Shown here in pieces: positions 55,039 through 64,000 of a DNA stretch of 64,000 bases. Made by a program: the position numbers and the translations under genes. Numbering within the stretch: the first letter of the stretch is position 1; each line of letters begins with the position of its first letter. The stretch covers positions 35,935 through 99,934 of IMG/VR virus record IMGVR_UViG_3300032249_001461. One strand, given 5' to 3'. The notes beneath the pieces are model-generated. The model had not been told where the DNA came from, ran no database searches, and worked only from the letters and a program-made list of their open reading frames with translations. This DNA is from a virus.

Positions 55039-56010
55039 TCAGAACAACTCTTCTGCCGCGAAACTTTTTGATTTCTTTGAATACTCAACACTTTTTGAAT
55101 GAAAAAAATCTGTGCTGTTGTTTCCGAGAACCTGTTCTTCAAACCAAATTGTTTTTGCAAGCATTTTTTTGTCAATATCAAATATTTTCTTAAAGCCAAT
55201 CTCCTTGAGAGATTCATTCATTCTGTTCTTCACAAATTCCTTGAGAATTTCTGAATTAAGTTTTTCCTCTCCATATCCGTTGACAATCCATTCTATAATC
55301 TGCATCTCGTATTTGAGAGCCTCATTGGCCTCGTGGGTAATCTTCTCCTTGAGTTCATCGTCAAATAGTTCGGGATGTTCTTTCTTGATGACATTGATGA
55401 TTTTCATGCCGATCATTGCATGTAGGTTCTCCTCCCTGCTTGTATATTCAACCTGCTTATTGGTGTCCTTGAGGACATTCTTGTATCTGCCGAACCAGCT
55501 GATGGTGTAGAACTGCGAGAACAATGCGATGTTTTCCACGAAAAGTGTAAACAGTATCAGAGAATATATGAACTGTTTCTTGTTGTCAGAGTGAAACTTG
55601 TGAAGGTGTTTCCTTAGATAGTTGACTCTACCCTTAATGATGTCAAGTTCCAGTATCTCGTCAAATGCATCATCAATGCCGAGAACCTCAAGGAGGCGTT
55701 CGTAGGCGTCGCCGTGTATTACTTCGGTATTGGCCATGACATAGCCCATGTCATTTATGCTCGGATGGGGAAGATTGTCGCCGAGCTTGGCCCAGAACTT
55801 CTTGACGCTGATCTCCAGCTGGCCTATGGTCGCCAAGGCTCGGACTATTATTTCCCTCTCTTGTTCCGTGAGCGATACCCTGAAGTCCTGCGTATCGCTT
55901 GAAAAACTGAATTCCTTGCTGGTCCAGAAGCCGTTGTGCATGGCCTCGATGAAATCCTGCGTCCAGGGGTAATTGTCGGGTTTGCGGCTGATCTGCTCTT
56001 CAAAAATCAT
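55039..56010 (-). CDS. nrdB: ribonucleotide reductase class I beta subunit
   Basis: FWTSKEF, EVIHGDAY, VENIALFSQF, EENLH, DFFH. Confidence 0.95.
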   Translation of the reverse strand: MIFEEQISRKPDNYPWTQDFIEAMHNGFWTSKEFSFSSDTQDFRVSLTEQEREIIVRALATIGQLEISVKKFWAKLGDNLPHPSINDMGYVMANTEVIHGDAYERLLEVLGIDDAFDEILELDIIKGRVNYLRKHLHKFHSDNKKQFIYSLILFTLFVENIALFSQFYTISWFGRYKNVLKDTNKQVEYTSREENLHAMIGMKIINVIKKEHPELFDDELKEKITHEANEALKYEMQIIEWIVNGYGEEKLNSEILKEFVKNRMNESLKEIGFKKIFDIDKKMLAKTIWFEEQVLGNNSTDFFHSKSVEYSKKSKSFAAEELF

Positions 56011-56056
56011 GTGTTCTCCTATGTTCTCCTATGTTCGGTGAGGGTATGTAAGTCTA

Positions 56057-58066
56057 TTAAACGGATTTTTTCAGATTCGTAAAGCCTTTTCTTTTTTCAA
56101 GGCTTATTAACTCGCATCCGTCCAGCATTTCAAGCAGATTCTGGTCGTGAGTGGTGATGAAGACTTGCCTGTCTTTCGCGAGTTCCAGAATCATATTATA
56201 TACCCCAACCACCCCTATTTGGTCAATATTAGTTGTGACCTCGTCCAGAAAGACTAGGCTCGGACACATTCCCGAGCTCAGCATCATCACGTAGGCGAAC
56301 GCCTGGGACACGGCGAGGTTCAGCCTTCTTCTCTCTCCGCCGCTCATCGCGTAATAGACGAACGGATCCCCGTCCGAAGGATTTCGCTCTATCTTCTCTT
56401 CCAGTTCGTTGTTGAACTCAAGGCTGATCTTTCCGTCTATGAGAAACTGAAGCCAGTAGGCCACCCTTGAGTTCAAGGCGGGGATTATTCCGTCTATTAT
56501 GAACTTCCTTATTCCGGAATCTCCGAAGGCCACAGACCAGAATTCGTAGTACGGGAGTTGCTTCTCCAGTTCGTCAAGATCCTTGTTCTTTGACTCAAAT
56601 TCCGACTCCCTCGTCTCTATCTCCTCGGCTAGATCGTCTATTATCTTTTTGAAGGGCGTGTCTCCGTCAAGTTCTTTTTTCTTTGACGAGGCCTGATCCT
56701 TTAGTCCTTCTATCTGCTGGGTTATGAGCTGATTTTTGATGTCCTTGCCCTGGGGTTTTTCTACCTTGTTGAGTTCGGCAAGTTCTTTTCTTTTTCCGGC
56801 AAGTTCCTGGGACGCTTTGGAGAGGCTTTCCTTGGCGGATGCCATTCCCTCCGAAATCTTGGAAAGCGTGTCGCCGAGAATCTTCATCTTCTCCGAAAAT
56901 TCGTCCTTTTTTGTGTTCTCGGACTCTACTTCCGCCTCGAGCGATTCTATGTTTTTGAGAAGTTGCTCCGTGTACTTCTTGTAGTTCTCCTTGGAAACCT
57001 TGCCGAGGCAGAACTTGCAGGTGGCTCCCTCGTTCTTTTCAAGTCTGCCTATTTCCTTTTTGTTCTCGTCTATTTTTGCGGAGAGGCTCTTTATTGATCC
57101 AGCGACAGTGTCAGCGCTTATTTTGCATTCGTTTTGCTTCTGCTTTATGCCGCTTGATTTTTCCTGGGCTAGGTCCAAGACTTCCTGGATTTTTATCTGC
57201 TTGGCCTCCGCCTGCGGTATTTCGGAGTTGAGTTCCTCTATTCTGGATTGCGCCGCCTGATACTTTGAAACTTCCGTGCCTTCCGAAGTGGCCTCAAGCT
57301 GCTCCCTGAAAGCCTTTATTTTCAAAAGCAAGGACTCTAGTTCCGCCTTCCTCTGCGACACCCATCCCGACTCCTGCTCCCTGGCGGCGTTGATCCTTGA
57401 CTTGGACTGCTCGAGCTGTTTGCGGATGTTCTCGTAGTCCATCTGAAGAATCTTGATTGCATCCTTCTTTTCCTTCTTCAGATTTTTCGCCCTTTCGGCG
57501 AAGCCCTTGTATTTGTCCAGGGAGAGGAGGTTTTCAACTATCTCGCGTTTGTTTGAGGCGTCACACTCGAGAAAGCTTCCGGCATTGTTGTCGGTGAACA
57601 CAACAATGTTGACGAATGTTTCATAGTTGATGCCAAGCTTCTCCTCGAGCAATTTCTGGGTCGCCGGCTGGCCGCCCAGGGTGATCTCGGTGGTGTCGTC
57701 CCATATTCCATCCGGACTTTCCCAGAGCCTCAGGGTGTCGGGCTTTCTTGTGCGGACGACACGGAAGTCGCCCCACCTGACCTCCGTCTTCAGTCCCTTG
57801 CCGACCTGGTTGTTTATGACGTCCTTGTGGTTGATCTTTTTGGGATGCTTTATGGTCTTGCCGAAGAGCGTATAGACGATGATCTCGGGAATGCTGCTCT
57901 TTCCCACCCCGTTGCTCGCGACCCTGGACTCGCTGTCGACCACGTCGAGGTTGAATCCCTTGACGAGGACTATGTTGCCATGATTCTTGAATGTGAGCTC
58001 AAACGCCTCTGGGCCGAAGCAGAGGAAATTCTGGGCGTAGATGTATTTGATGTCCAGGCTCTTCAT
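56057..58066 (-). CDS. SbcC/Rad50-like ATPase (T4 gp46-like)
   Basis: NGVGKSS Walker A, CKFC hook, SGGE, FLDE, ITTHD. Confidence 0.93.
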   Translation of the reverse strand: MKSLDIKYIYAQNFLCFGPEAFELTFKNHGNIVLVKGFNLDVVDSESRVASNGVGKSSIPEIIVYTLFGKTIKHPKKINHKDVINNQVGKGLKTEVRWGDFRVVRTRKPDTLRLWESPDGIWDDTTEITLGGQPATQKLLEEKLGINYETFVNIVVFTDNNAGSFLECDASNKREIVENLLSLDKYKGFAERAKNLKKEKKDAIKILQMDYENIRKQLEQSKSRINAAREQESGWVSQRKAELESLLLKIKAFREQLEATSEGTEVSKYQAAQSRIEELNSEIPQAEAKQIKIQEVLDLAQEKSSGIKQKQNECKISADTVAGSIKSLSAKIDENKKEIGRLEKNEGATCKFCLGKVSKENYKKYTEQLLKNIESLEAEVESENTKKDEFSEKMKILGDTLSKISEGMASAKESLSKASQELAGKRKELAELNKVEKPQGKDIKNQLITQQIEGLKDQASSKKKELDGDTPFKKIIDDLAEEIETRESEFESKNKDLDELEKQLPYYEFWSVAFGDSGIRKFIIDGIIPALNSRVAYWLQFLIDGKISLEFNNELEEKIERNPSDGDPFVYYAMSGGERRRLNLAVSQAFAYVMMLSSGMCPSLVFLDEVTTNIDQIGVVGVYNMILELAKDRQVFITTHDQNLLEMLDGCELISLEKRKGFTNLKKSV

Positions 58067-59142
58067 TCCGCCTCCCGGCATATCTCCGTGCCGATCCTTA
58101 TGAGCGTCTCCTTGTCAAGGCTCTCGGAGTTGGCCTGTTCCACATACTTCTCGAGCATCTCCTCCTCCTTGTAGAGAATTGCCTTGGCGTCCTTGATGGC
58201 GTGGTCTTCTTGCTTCTGAACCTGCTTGATCTCAAGCGACGACACCTTGGAGTTCTCTAGCAGGTTCTGCCTTATTTCCGTCATCTGCCTGCTCGCGATG
58301 TCCTCCACCTCCAGCCTCACGAAGTGGCCTTCCAGATCGTGGTCGGCGAGTTCGTCCTCCTTGAGGATGTAATGTCTGGGGCTGAACGTGTTTTCTATGT
58401 ACTCGCATTCTCCTTCCGAAGCGTCAAAGACGACGACGTGCTTGGATTGAAAGGCCTCTCCGAAGGACAGTTGCAGGGGAGAGCCTACGTACTCCACCTT
58501 CTCGTCCAGCTTCTGCTCGGCGTGGTAGTGGCCGAGGAAAACCCTGTCCCAATTGGAGAATATGTCTGATCCCACGCGCACCATGTCTCCGTCGTGCTCT
58601 ATTGTCACTTCGGACATTGTCTTGTACTTGACGTTCCAGACGGCCCCATCAACGGATATGTGTCCCCCGAGAACCTTCATGTTCTTGCCTCCCTTGATCT
58701 TCCAGTCCTTTTCAACCGCCTTGAGGTCTTCTATCGGGTTGTGGGTGTAGGGAAGGAATCCGAAGGGGAATTCCTCATCGCCCTCCTTGATGAGCTCCAC
58801 GCTCGGAGCGTTGACGACCTTGATTCCGGGGAGGCTCCTCAATGGGTTGACGCTGGAGACGTCAAGTTTCTGGTAGTGCCAGAGATCGTGGTTGCCAAGC
58901 AAAAGAAATAGATTTTTGCTTCCGTCAAGGTGCCTCTCTAGCACATCAAAGGTCTTCTGGTATGTCAGGACGTCTATCTTCTGGCGGTCGTGGAAGAGGT
59001 CTCCGAGGAAGACTATGTTCTTTATCTCCCTCTCCGTTGCGGTTCTGAACACCCAGTCCAGGACTTCAATGCAGTCGTCAAGCCTTTCCGAGGAACGCTT
59101 GTGGGGGTGTATGTGGAGGTCGCTGAATATTAGAACTTTCAT
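58063..59142 (-). CDS. SbcD/Mre11-like nuclease (T4 gp47-like)
   Basis: SDLH, GDLFH, GNHD, GHYH, YVGSP. Confidence 0.93.
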   Translation of the reverse strand: MKVLIFSDLHIHPHKRSSERLDDCIEVLDWVFRTATEREIKNIVFLGDLFHDRQKIDVLTYQKTFDVLERHLDGSKNLFLLLGNHDLWHYQKLDVSSVNPLRSLPGIKVVNAPSVELIKEGDEEFPFGFLPYTHNPIEDLKAVEKDWKIKGGKNMKVLGGHISVDGAVWNVKYKTMSEVTIEHDGDMVRVGSDIFSNWDRVFLGHYHAEQKLDEKVEYVGSPLQLSFGEAFQSKHVVVFDASEGECEYIENTFSPRHYILKEDELADHDLEGHFVRLEVEDIASRQMTEIRQNLLENSKVSSLEIKQVQKQEDHAIKDAKAILYKEEEMLEKYVEQANSESLDKETLIRIGTEICREAE

Positions 59143-59177
59143 GGGCTTTCCGGACGCCCATTGTATCTAAAGTTTTC

Positions 59178-59525
59178 TCATTGTCCAGATTTCTTTAGAG
59201 ATTTTTCCAGCGCCTTCCACACGTCCACGCTGTTGATCTTCTGGACCTTTGCCGCGGGTGCGGGGGAGGCTCCTCCTTCTGGCCCTAGTCCCGAAGACAT
59301 GCCTCCCATTGGCGGCCCTCCGAGACCCATTGGCGGCCCTCCGCTTCCGCCTAGCCCGGGAGGGATTCCCATTCCAACTCCTCCGCCTGGCGGGCCACCT
59401 CCGGGAGGGCCACCCCCTGGCGGGCCTCCTCCGGGCGGGCCTCCCGATCCTCCCGGCGGACCTTTAGAGCCTCCCGGTGGCGGGGGCGTCGCCTCCATCA
59501 TTATATATTGGTAGAAAGTCTTCAC
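59178..59525 (-). CDS. Gly/Pro-rich protein, putative internal head protein
   Basis: MKTFYQYIMME; (GGPPG)n. Confidence 0.6.
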   Translation of the reverse strand: MKTFYQYIMMEATPPPPGGSKGPPGGSGGPPGGGPPGGGPPGGGPPGGGVGMGIPPGLGGSGGPPMGLGGPPMGGMSSGLGPEGGASPAPAAKVQKINSVDVWKALEKSLKKSGQ

Positions 59526-59579
59526 GGTTTTATATATCCGATCAATATATAATTAAGGACTGAACAAAGGAGGTTCAAA

Positions 59580-59756
59580 ATGAAAAGCATGGATGCCAAG
59601 GATCTAGTGATCCTTCTTGTGACTGTATTTCTGCCCCCGTTGGGCGTGGCCATAAAATTCGGGTTCGGACTCAAGTTCTGGCTCAACCTGGCTCTGACGC
59701 TGTTGGGTCACATCCCCGGACTGATTCACGGCGTGTATGTCGTACTCAAAGGTTGA
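59580..59756 (+). CDS. Pmp3/YqaE-family membrane proteolipid (not in ORF track)
   Basis: VFLPPLGV..FWLNLALTLLGHIPGLIHGVYVV; AGGAGG RBS. Confidence 0.88.
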   Translation: MKSMDAKDLVILLVTVFLPPLGVAIKFGFGLKFWLNLALTLLGHIPGLIHGVYVVLKG

Positions 59757-60330
59757 TCTGAGGAATCTTTGAAACGATCATATTCCAGTTCTTTTGGACC
59801 CATTCGTGGAATGACTTTTCTGCGGCCTTGGGTCCGATTTCGCTGGTCTTTCCGGTGGTCTGGAACTCGATCTCGTGGGTGGCCTCGTGGACTATCGTGC
59901 TTGCGATCTCCACGACGGCCTCCTTCGTGTCGCCCAGTTCTCTCACGATCCTCTGAACATTGACATGGATCACGTCCGACGGGACTATCTGCCTCTCATC
60001 TATGTCGGGGATGTATTGCTTTATGACCGCGTTGGGAACCTTGTTTAAGGCATTCTGCTGGATGACATTCTGGCCAAATTTGAACTTAACCTTGTTTGCT
60101 ACCGCGGGGCCTATGATCTTCTTGTTCTCGGAGGAGGTGTAGAGGCCGTACACCCCGCTGTTAAGCGGGGCTATGGTGCTGATATTGTTCAGTATTTTCT
60201 GGTTGGTTGCGCGGCCGTAGAGCTGGACGAGCTTTATTGCGTACTTTGCCTTGTTATAGAGGTGGTCTATCTTGCTCTGAACTTCGTCGGTTCCCACGGT
60301 GTTTTCAAGCCAGTGTCTAAATTCTGCCAT
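59746..60330 (-). CDS. HEXXH protein with capsid-targeting-like N-terminus
   Basis: MAEFRHWLEN; STIVHEATHE. Confidence 0.65.
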   Translation of the reverse strand: MAEFRHWLENTVGTDEVQSKIDHLYNKAKYAIKLVQLYGRATNQKILNNISTIAPLNSGVYGLYTSSENKKIIGPAVANKVKFKFGQNVIQQNALNKVPNAVIKQYIPDIDERQIVPSDVIHVNVQRIVRELGDTKEAVVEIASTIVHEATHEIEFQTTGKTSEIGPKAAEKSFHEWVQKNWNMIVSKIPQINL

Positions 60331-60359
60331 GGGCATATATACCTTATCTGGAGGTAAAA

Positions 60360-60566
60360 ATGCATATTGTGAGTGATTTTTGGTGGGTTTGGCTGGCTAT
60401 GTTCCTGGTTTCGGGCGGGTACATTTTGTACGCGAGAAAGAAGGCCTCCGAGGAGGTTCAGGCGCAGTTTGTCGTGACGGGATGTCTTCTTTTTGTGTTT
60501 TATTCCGTGTGTTTTCTTTCGGGCATCTGCACAATTCTGAACTTTCTTTGGAGATGGGTACTTTGA
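60360..60566 (+). CDS. two-TM membrane protein
   Basis: GGAGG RBS; two hydrophobic segments. Confidence 0.6.
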   Translation: MHIVSDFWWVWLAMFLVSGGYILYARKKASEEVQAQFVVTGCLLFVFYSVCFLSGICTILNFLWRWVL

Positions 60567-61306
60567 ACATATTTCAAGAGTTAAAAAGGGAACTGTTTGC
60601 CGAGGAGGACATCTACTCTTCATTCAAGGGTGGGGAAGTTGACTCCGGATACCCTCACACGAACATAATTCCAGAATGCATACAAAAGGTTTTTGAAATA
60701 ATCAGGCCTACTTTTTGGCTTGAAGTAGGCTCCATGCTTGGAGGCAGTGCCATAAGGGTGGCGAATCACATAGAAAAAAACAATTTAGATTGTCACATTG
60801 TGTGCATAGATCCTTTTTGCGGCGATGTCAATATGTGGTGTTGGGAAAAGGAAATAAAAGAAAACGGAAGGTGGAGTTTTCTAAAGACAAAAAATGGCTC
60901 TACCACAATCAGAGAAAGATTCATGGCGAACGTCTGCCACAACAAACTAGAAGAAATAATACTTCCCATTCCTGCAACATGTACTGTTGGCGTTAATGTC
61001 TTAAAAAGACTCCGCAAGGAAAATAGAATTTCAAGCCTGCCTCAGGTAATATACCTGGATTCTTCTCACCAAGAAAAAGAAACATTCATTGAGATTGATC
61101 AATCCTGGCAAATACTTGAGAAAGGAGGGGTTCTCTTCGGTGACGACTGGAGCTGGCCGGGTTTATCCGGGGATGTGAAAAGTTTTGCCGATGGCATTTA
61201 TCAAAACAAAGAAGTATCTCAATTTTTGAACAACGGCCTTCAGGGATCGCTCTTCGAGAACAAAGTTTTGCTATACGGAAACCATTGGTTTTTGTGCAAG
61301 GAGTAG
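60554..61306 (+). CDS. class I SAM-dependent methyltransferase
   Basis: WLEVGSMLGGSA, CIDPF, IYLDSSH, GGVLFGDDW. Confidence 0.85.
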   Translation: MGTLNIFQELKRELFAEEDIYSSFKGGEVDSGYPHTNIIPECIQKVFEIIRPTFWLEVGSMLGGSAIRVANHIEKNNLDCHIVCIDPFCGDVNMWCWEKEIKENGRWSFLKTKNGSTTIRERFMANVCHNKLEEIILPIPATCTVGVNVLKRLRKENRISSLPQVIYLDSSHQEKETFIEIDQSWQILEKGGVLFGDDWSWPGLSGDVKSFADGIYQNKEVSQFLNNGLQGSLFENKVLLYGNHWFLCKE

Positions 61307-61307
61307 T

Positions 61308-62018
61308 ATGAAGTCATTGGCGATATTTTTGACTCACAATTTCAAGCCAATTTTTTCGGATTCTTTAAGAAGACTAGATTCGTCGCTGAGTGACGGAAGA
61401 ATGGACTCAATGGTGTTGTTTGACGAAGAGGCGCCATTTGACAACAGCATGGATGGACAACTCAATAACATAGAAATACACAGAATAAAAACTCCTCTAC
61501 GGTCTTACGACCCAATTTCCAAAGCCCACAATTTTCCAATAGAGTACTTCAGGTTATTTCCTGAAAAGATGGATGAATACGACTACTTCTGGATAGTGGA
61601 AAATGATGTCTATTGGCATGGAAACTTCAGAACTTTTTTTGACAAACACGACCTTTATGACTTTGATCTTTTGGTTCCTGAATTCGGATTGAGAAATTTA
61701 GACTGGGGGTGGCTTCACAACATGGTCGGAATAGAAAAAGTGATCCCATGTGGCGTTACGGCGGTGATTCACCGTCTTTCAAGAAGGCTTCTGAAAGAAT
61801 TGGTGCAAAAAGTCGGGATTGAATTTTCTGGCCATCTGGAGGCCTTGTTGCCCCATGTGTGTTTCAAGTATGGATACACCATTCAGCAGTTCATTCCTTC
61901 GTACTTTTGTGCAGTCAATACCTTCAAGAGACCGTTCCTTAAACTCATAGAAGAAGATCTGAAAAATGGTACGAATTATTTCATAGAGGGAATATTGTAT
62001 CATCCAATTAAGATGTAA
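61308..62018 (+). CDS. glycosyltransferase-like protein
   Basis: YDYFWIVENDV; LYHPIK. Confidence 0.6.
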   Translation: MKSLAIFLTHNFKPIFSDSLRRLDSSLSDGRMDSMVLFDEEAPFDNSMDGQLNNIEIHRIKTPLRSYDPISKAHNFPIEYFRLFPEKMDEYDYFWIVENDVYWHGNFRTFFDKHDLYDFDLLVPEFGLRNLDWGWLHNMVGIEKVIPCGVTAVIHRLSRRLLKELVQKVGIEFSGHLEALLPHVCFKYGYTIQQFIPSYFCAVNTFKRPFLKLIEEDLKNGTNYFIEGILYHPIKM

Positions 62019-63822
62019 AATTTGTATTGAACTTTATCAAGGTATGTATCACCTTTCTGTTGTGGATGAATTCTCCTGAATATTTTTCTTCACTTATTCT
62101 TTCCATCAGGCATGTTGGCTCCCTATTCTTGTTCATTATCAACTTTTTTTCACCCTTGTCTTCCCAGAAATATTCATTGAAATTATCATACATTCCTATC
62201 GTGCCATTTTCGTTTAATTTCATGAGCCCATAAAATCTTTGGTTTCCTTGCTCTCCTCCCCAAAACTCCCAGCAGTCTTGAAATGTCATGGGCATTCCAA
62301 CATCATCCATGTTGAACACATAATACCAAAGTCTCTCAAAGTAATGTCCGCATTCTGGGTTCAACTCCGCGAGTTCTCCTTGCGTAAGTGATTTGTATTT
62401 TTCCTTGGGATTGCTCAAAATTCTATCGGCAGAAACGCCGAAGCATGCGTTCCAGAATATTGGTATTTTTTCTATTTGTACATTATTTTTTATAAACTTT
62501 TCGCACCATTCTTTTATGTCGTAATCGGACTTGGATGTCTGTCCTTGCCAGCTGTCGCATCTGCCTCTGTTTAGAAATGAGTACGCACTTGACACTCGGA
62601 AGTTTGATGTAAATTTCATTTCTGTATTTTCAGACAATTCCTTCATTGACTTGTAGAGTCTTTCTCCTTCCATGCCGTGGGGACTTCCTTGAACAAAGAA
62701 GACGAAATCTGGCGAACTGTTTTGTTTTATTCTGTCATATTGCGAATAGCAGTGATGAAGGTATGTGTGTGACTCTCTTCCTATGTTTGGCAAGCTAATC
62801 GTTTGAACTTTGGGGTTTTTCAATGAAACACTTTCATTTCCCTTTGTATAGACATATATCGCGTTTATATCTTTGTGTTCTAGCCTGTCCACCCACGACA
62901 AATTTTCTCTGTAATGAGACACAACAACGTCAAATTTTAACAGACTCGCACCTTGTGCCTCTATTTTTTGCGAATTAATTGCCTTGATTTTTTTTGAAAC
63001 AAGTTCTGCCGCGTACTTGCACACCTTTTCAAATGTGAATTCAGACCTGCAGTATTCAGACAATTTAAAGGCTTTTTCAAATGCAAAAATTTTATTTTGG
63101 TCAGTATTGTTGAATTTTTCAATCAAGTCACTCAAATCTTTATTTATTTGAATGTGCAGGTTTTGCTTGATAATTTTCATGTCGCTCCACGACCAAAATT
63201 CCCTGTCTGTTATAAACAGAGGCCTTCTACAGAAGGGCAGAAGTTTTAATCTGCCGCTGCAGCCGTGACCTGTGAGGTCTAGTAAATACTTGTATGCACA
63301 GTGGTCTTTGGTCTGGACAAAAAAGGTTGGCTTTCTGCCCGAGTCCGTCCATGTCATTTCTCTTCCAAAAAACTTGTCTGGATTTTTTTTGCAAAGTTCA
63401 ATGTAGTCCAATCTTTGTCGGATTCCCATTAAATTGCCAATCCAGAAAAGTCTGTCGTCTTTTATTTTTTCAATACCGCTATTTTCGTGTATTTCTTGAA
63501 CAAACCTGTCAAAGTTGCGCAATCCTATATGCCACCAGTTCCCAAAGATGTAGTCAGGAAACACCCCAGCCTCATTGATGTCCCTAGTTGAAGTGTCAAA
63601 TTCAATGAAATTGCAATTTTCTTTTGGGGGGCTTTTTGTCGGACCGTCGGCTGTATTTATTCTGATTACATAGTCATCCTTGATTTCTCCGCCTTCCTGC
63701 AATAACTCAAAGACCCGGGTCATTATCTTTAGAAACCCTTCGTTTCTGCATTCCCAGTGACTCTCTGTGGCGAGTTGGAGATAGTCTCTTCCTAGTGAAA
63801 ATTCAACATAATCTTTTTTCAT
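62008..63822 (-). CDS. GT90-like domain fused to DUF3431-like domain
   Basis: FPDY, YKYLLDLTGHGCSGRLK; VVSHYRENLSWV, LPNIGRESHTYLHH, GHYFERLW. Confidence 0.75.
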   Translation of the reverse strand: MKKDYVEFSLGRDYLQLATESHWECRNEGFLKIMTRVFELLQEGGEIKDDYVIRINTADGPTKSPPKENCNFIEFDTSTRDINEAGVFPDYIFGNWWHIGLRNFDRFVQEIHENSGIEKIKDDRLFWIGNLMGIRQRLDYIELCKKNPDKFFGREMTWTDSGRKPTFFVQTKDHCAYKYLLDLTGHGCSGRLKLLPFCRRPLFITDREFWSWSDMKIIKQNLHIQINKDLSDLIEKFNNTDQNKIFAFEKAFKLSEYCRSEFTFEKVCKYAAELVSKKIKAINSQKIEAQGASLLKFDVVVSHYRENLSWVDRLEHKDINAIYVYTKGNESVSLKNPKVQTISLPNIGRESHTYLHHCYSQYDRIKQNSSPDFVFFVQGSPHGMEGERLYKSMKELSENTEMKFTSNFRVSSAYSFLNRGRCDSWQGQTSKSDYDIKEWCEKFIKNNVQIEKIPIFWNACFGVSADRILSNPKEKYKSLTQGELAELNPECGHYFERLWYYVFNMDDVGMPMTFQDCWEFWGGEQGNQRFYGLMKLNENGTIGMYDNFNEYFWEDKGEKKLIMNKNREPTCLMERISEEKYSGEFIHNRKVIHTLIKFNTNFTS

Positions 63823-63877
63823 TGGCCTATTATAGGATTGTTTGAAAAAGAAAAAACGCTATAATAAAGTGAATTGC

Positions 63878-64000
63878 ATGAAAGAAACCGTCCTCCGCAT
63901 CCAGAACTGCTATTCCTGGCTCTACTGCGAGAAGCCCGAGGTTCTAAGCGTCCTGCACGAGAACATGAGGTTCAGGGAGAGGGGCTATTTCCACAGCCGG
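63878..64000 (+). CDS. 5' part of a gene running off the window, possibly UvsW-like helicase
   Basis: MKETVLRIQNCYSW...MRFRERGYFHSR; TATAAT upstream; only 41 codons visible. Confidence 0.4.
   Translation, partial: MKETVLRIQNCYSWLYCEKPEVLSVLHENMRFRERGYFHSR

Noticed and set aside
56010-56036. Duplicated TAGGAGAACA upstream of nrdB
   Set aside because: A simple 10-bp tandem duplication of the RBS region; no further structure.
1-64000. Stop-codon reassignment
   Set aside because: Conserved genes are full length in code 11, and TAA, TAG and TGA all end genes with tight coupling.
1-64000. tRNA, rRNA genes or a diversity-generating retroelement
   Set aside because: No cloverleaf, rRNA-like stretch, reverse transcriptase or TR/VR pair was recognised by eye; a tRNAscan run would be needed to exclude tRNAs fully.

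Overview
This window is a 64-kb segment of a large T4-like (myovirus, probably jumbo) bacteriophage genome using the standard genetic code. Structural genes include neck (gp13/gp14-like), tail terminator (gp15-like), an enlarged tail sheath, two tail tubes, a gp26/gp51-like pair and fibre/adhesin genes. Other recognisable genes include a gp55-like late sigma factor, gp46/gp47 (SbcCD), NrdAB (NrdA with a 143-aa mini-intein), dUTPase, two free-standing endonucleases, methyltransferases, glycosyltransferases, and host-like genes (lat, mcsA, SET domain, subtilisin, Pmp3). Five non-obvious signals were read from the sequence. (1) A family of IS200/IS605 TnpB-derived elements at five loci: an intact tnpB element splitting a gene, a 252-bp non-coding mini-element, two ~47-bp single-hairpin elements, and a stand-alone omegaRNA whose substitutions largely keep its stems and which carries a different guide. 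(2) About 15 unrelated proteins share a T4-type capsid-targeting N-terminal motif, including a large sigma-like protein. (3) A TANATA late-promoter motif lies 4-7 nt before many start codons, implying leaderless mRNAs. (4) Extensin-like Pro/Thr/Ser proteins share a C-terminal GG(S/G)AE tail and sit next to DUF6065-like and prolyl-hydroxylase-like genes. (5) There is a probable programmed -1 frameshift in the gp26/gp51 pair and an A8 frameshift in a fibre gene. No tRNA, rRNA or CRISPR array was seen. All family assignments come from motif recognition by eye, not from database searches.
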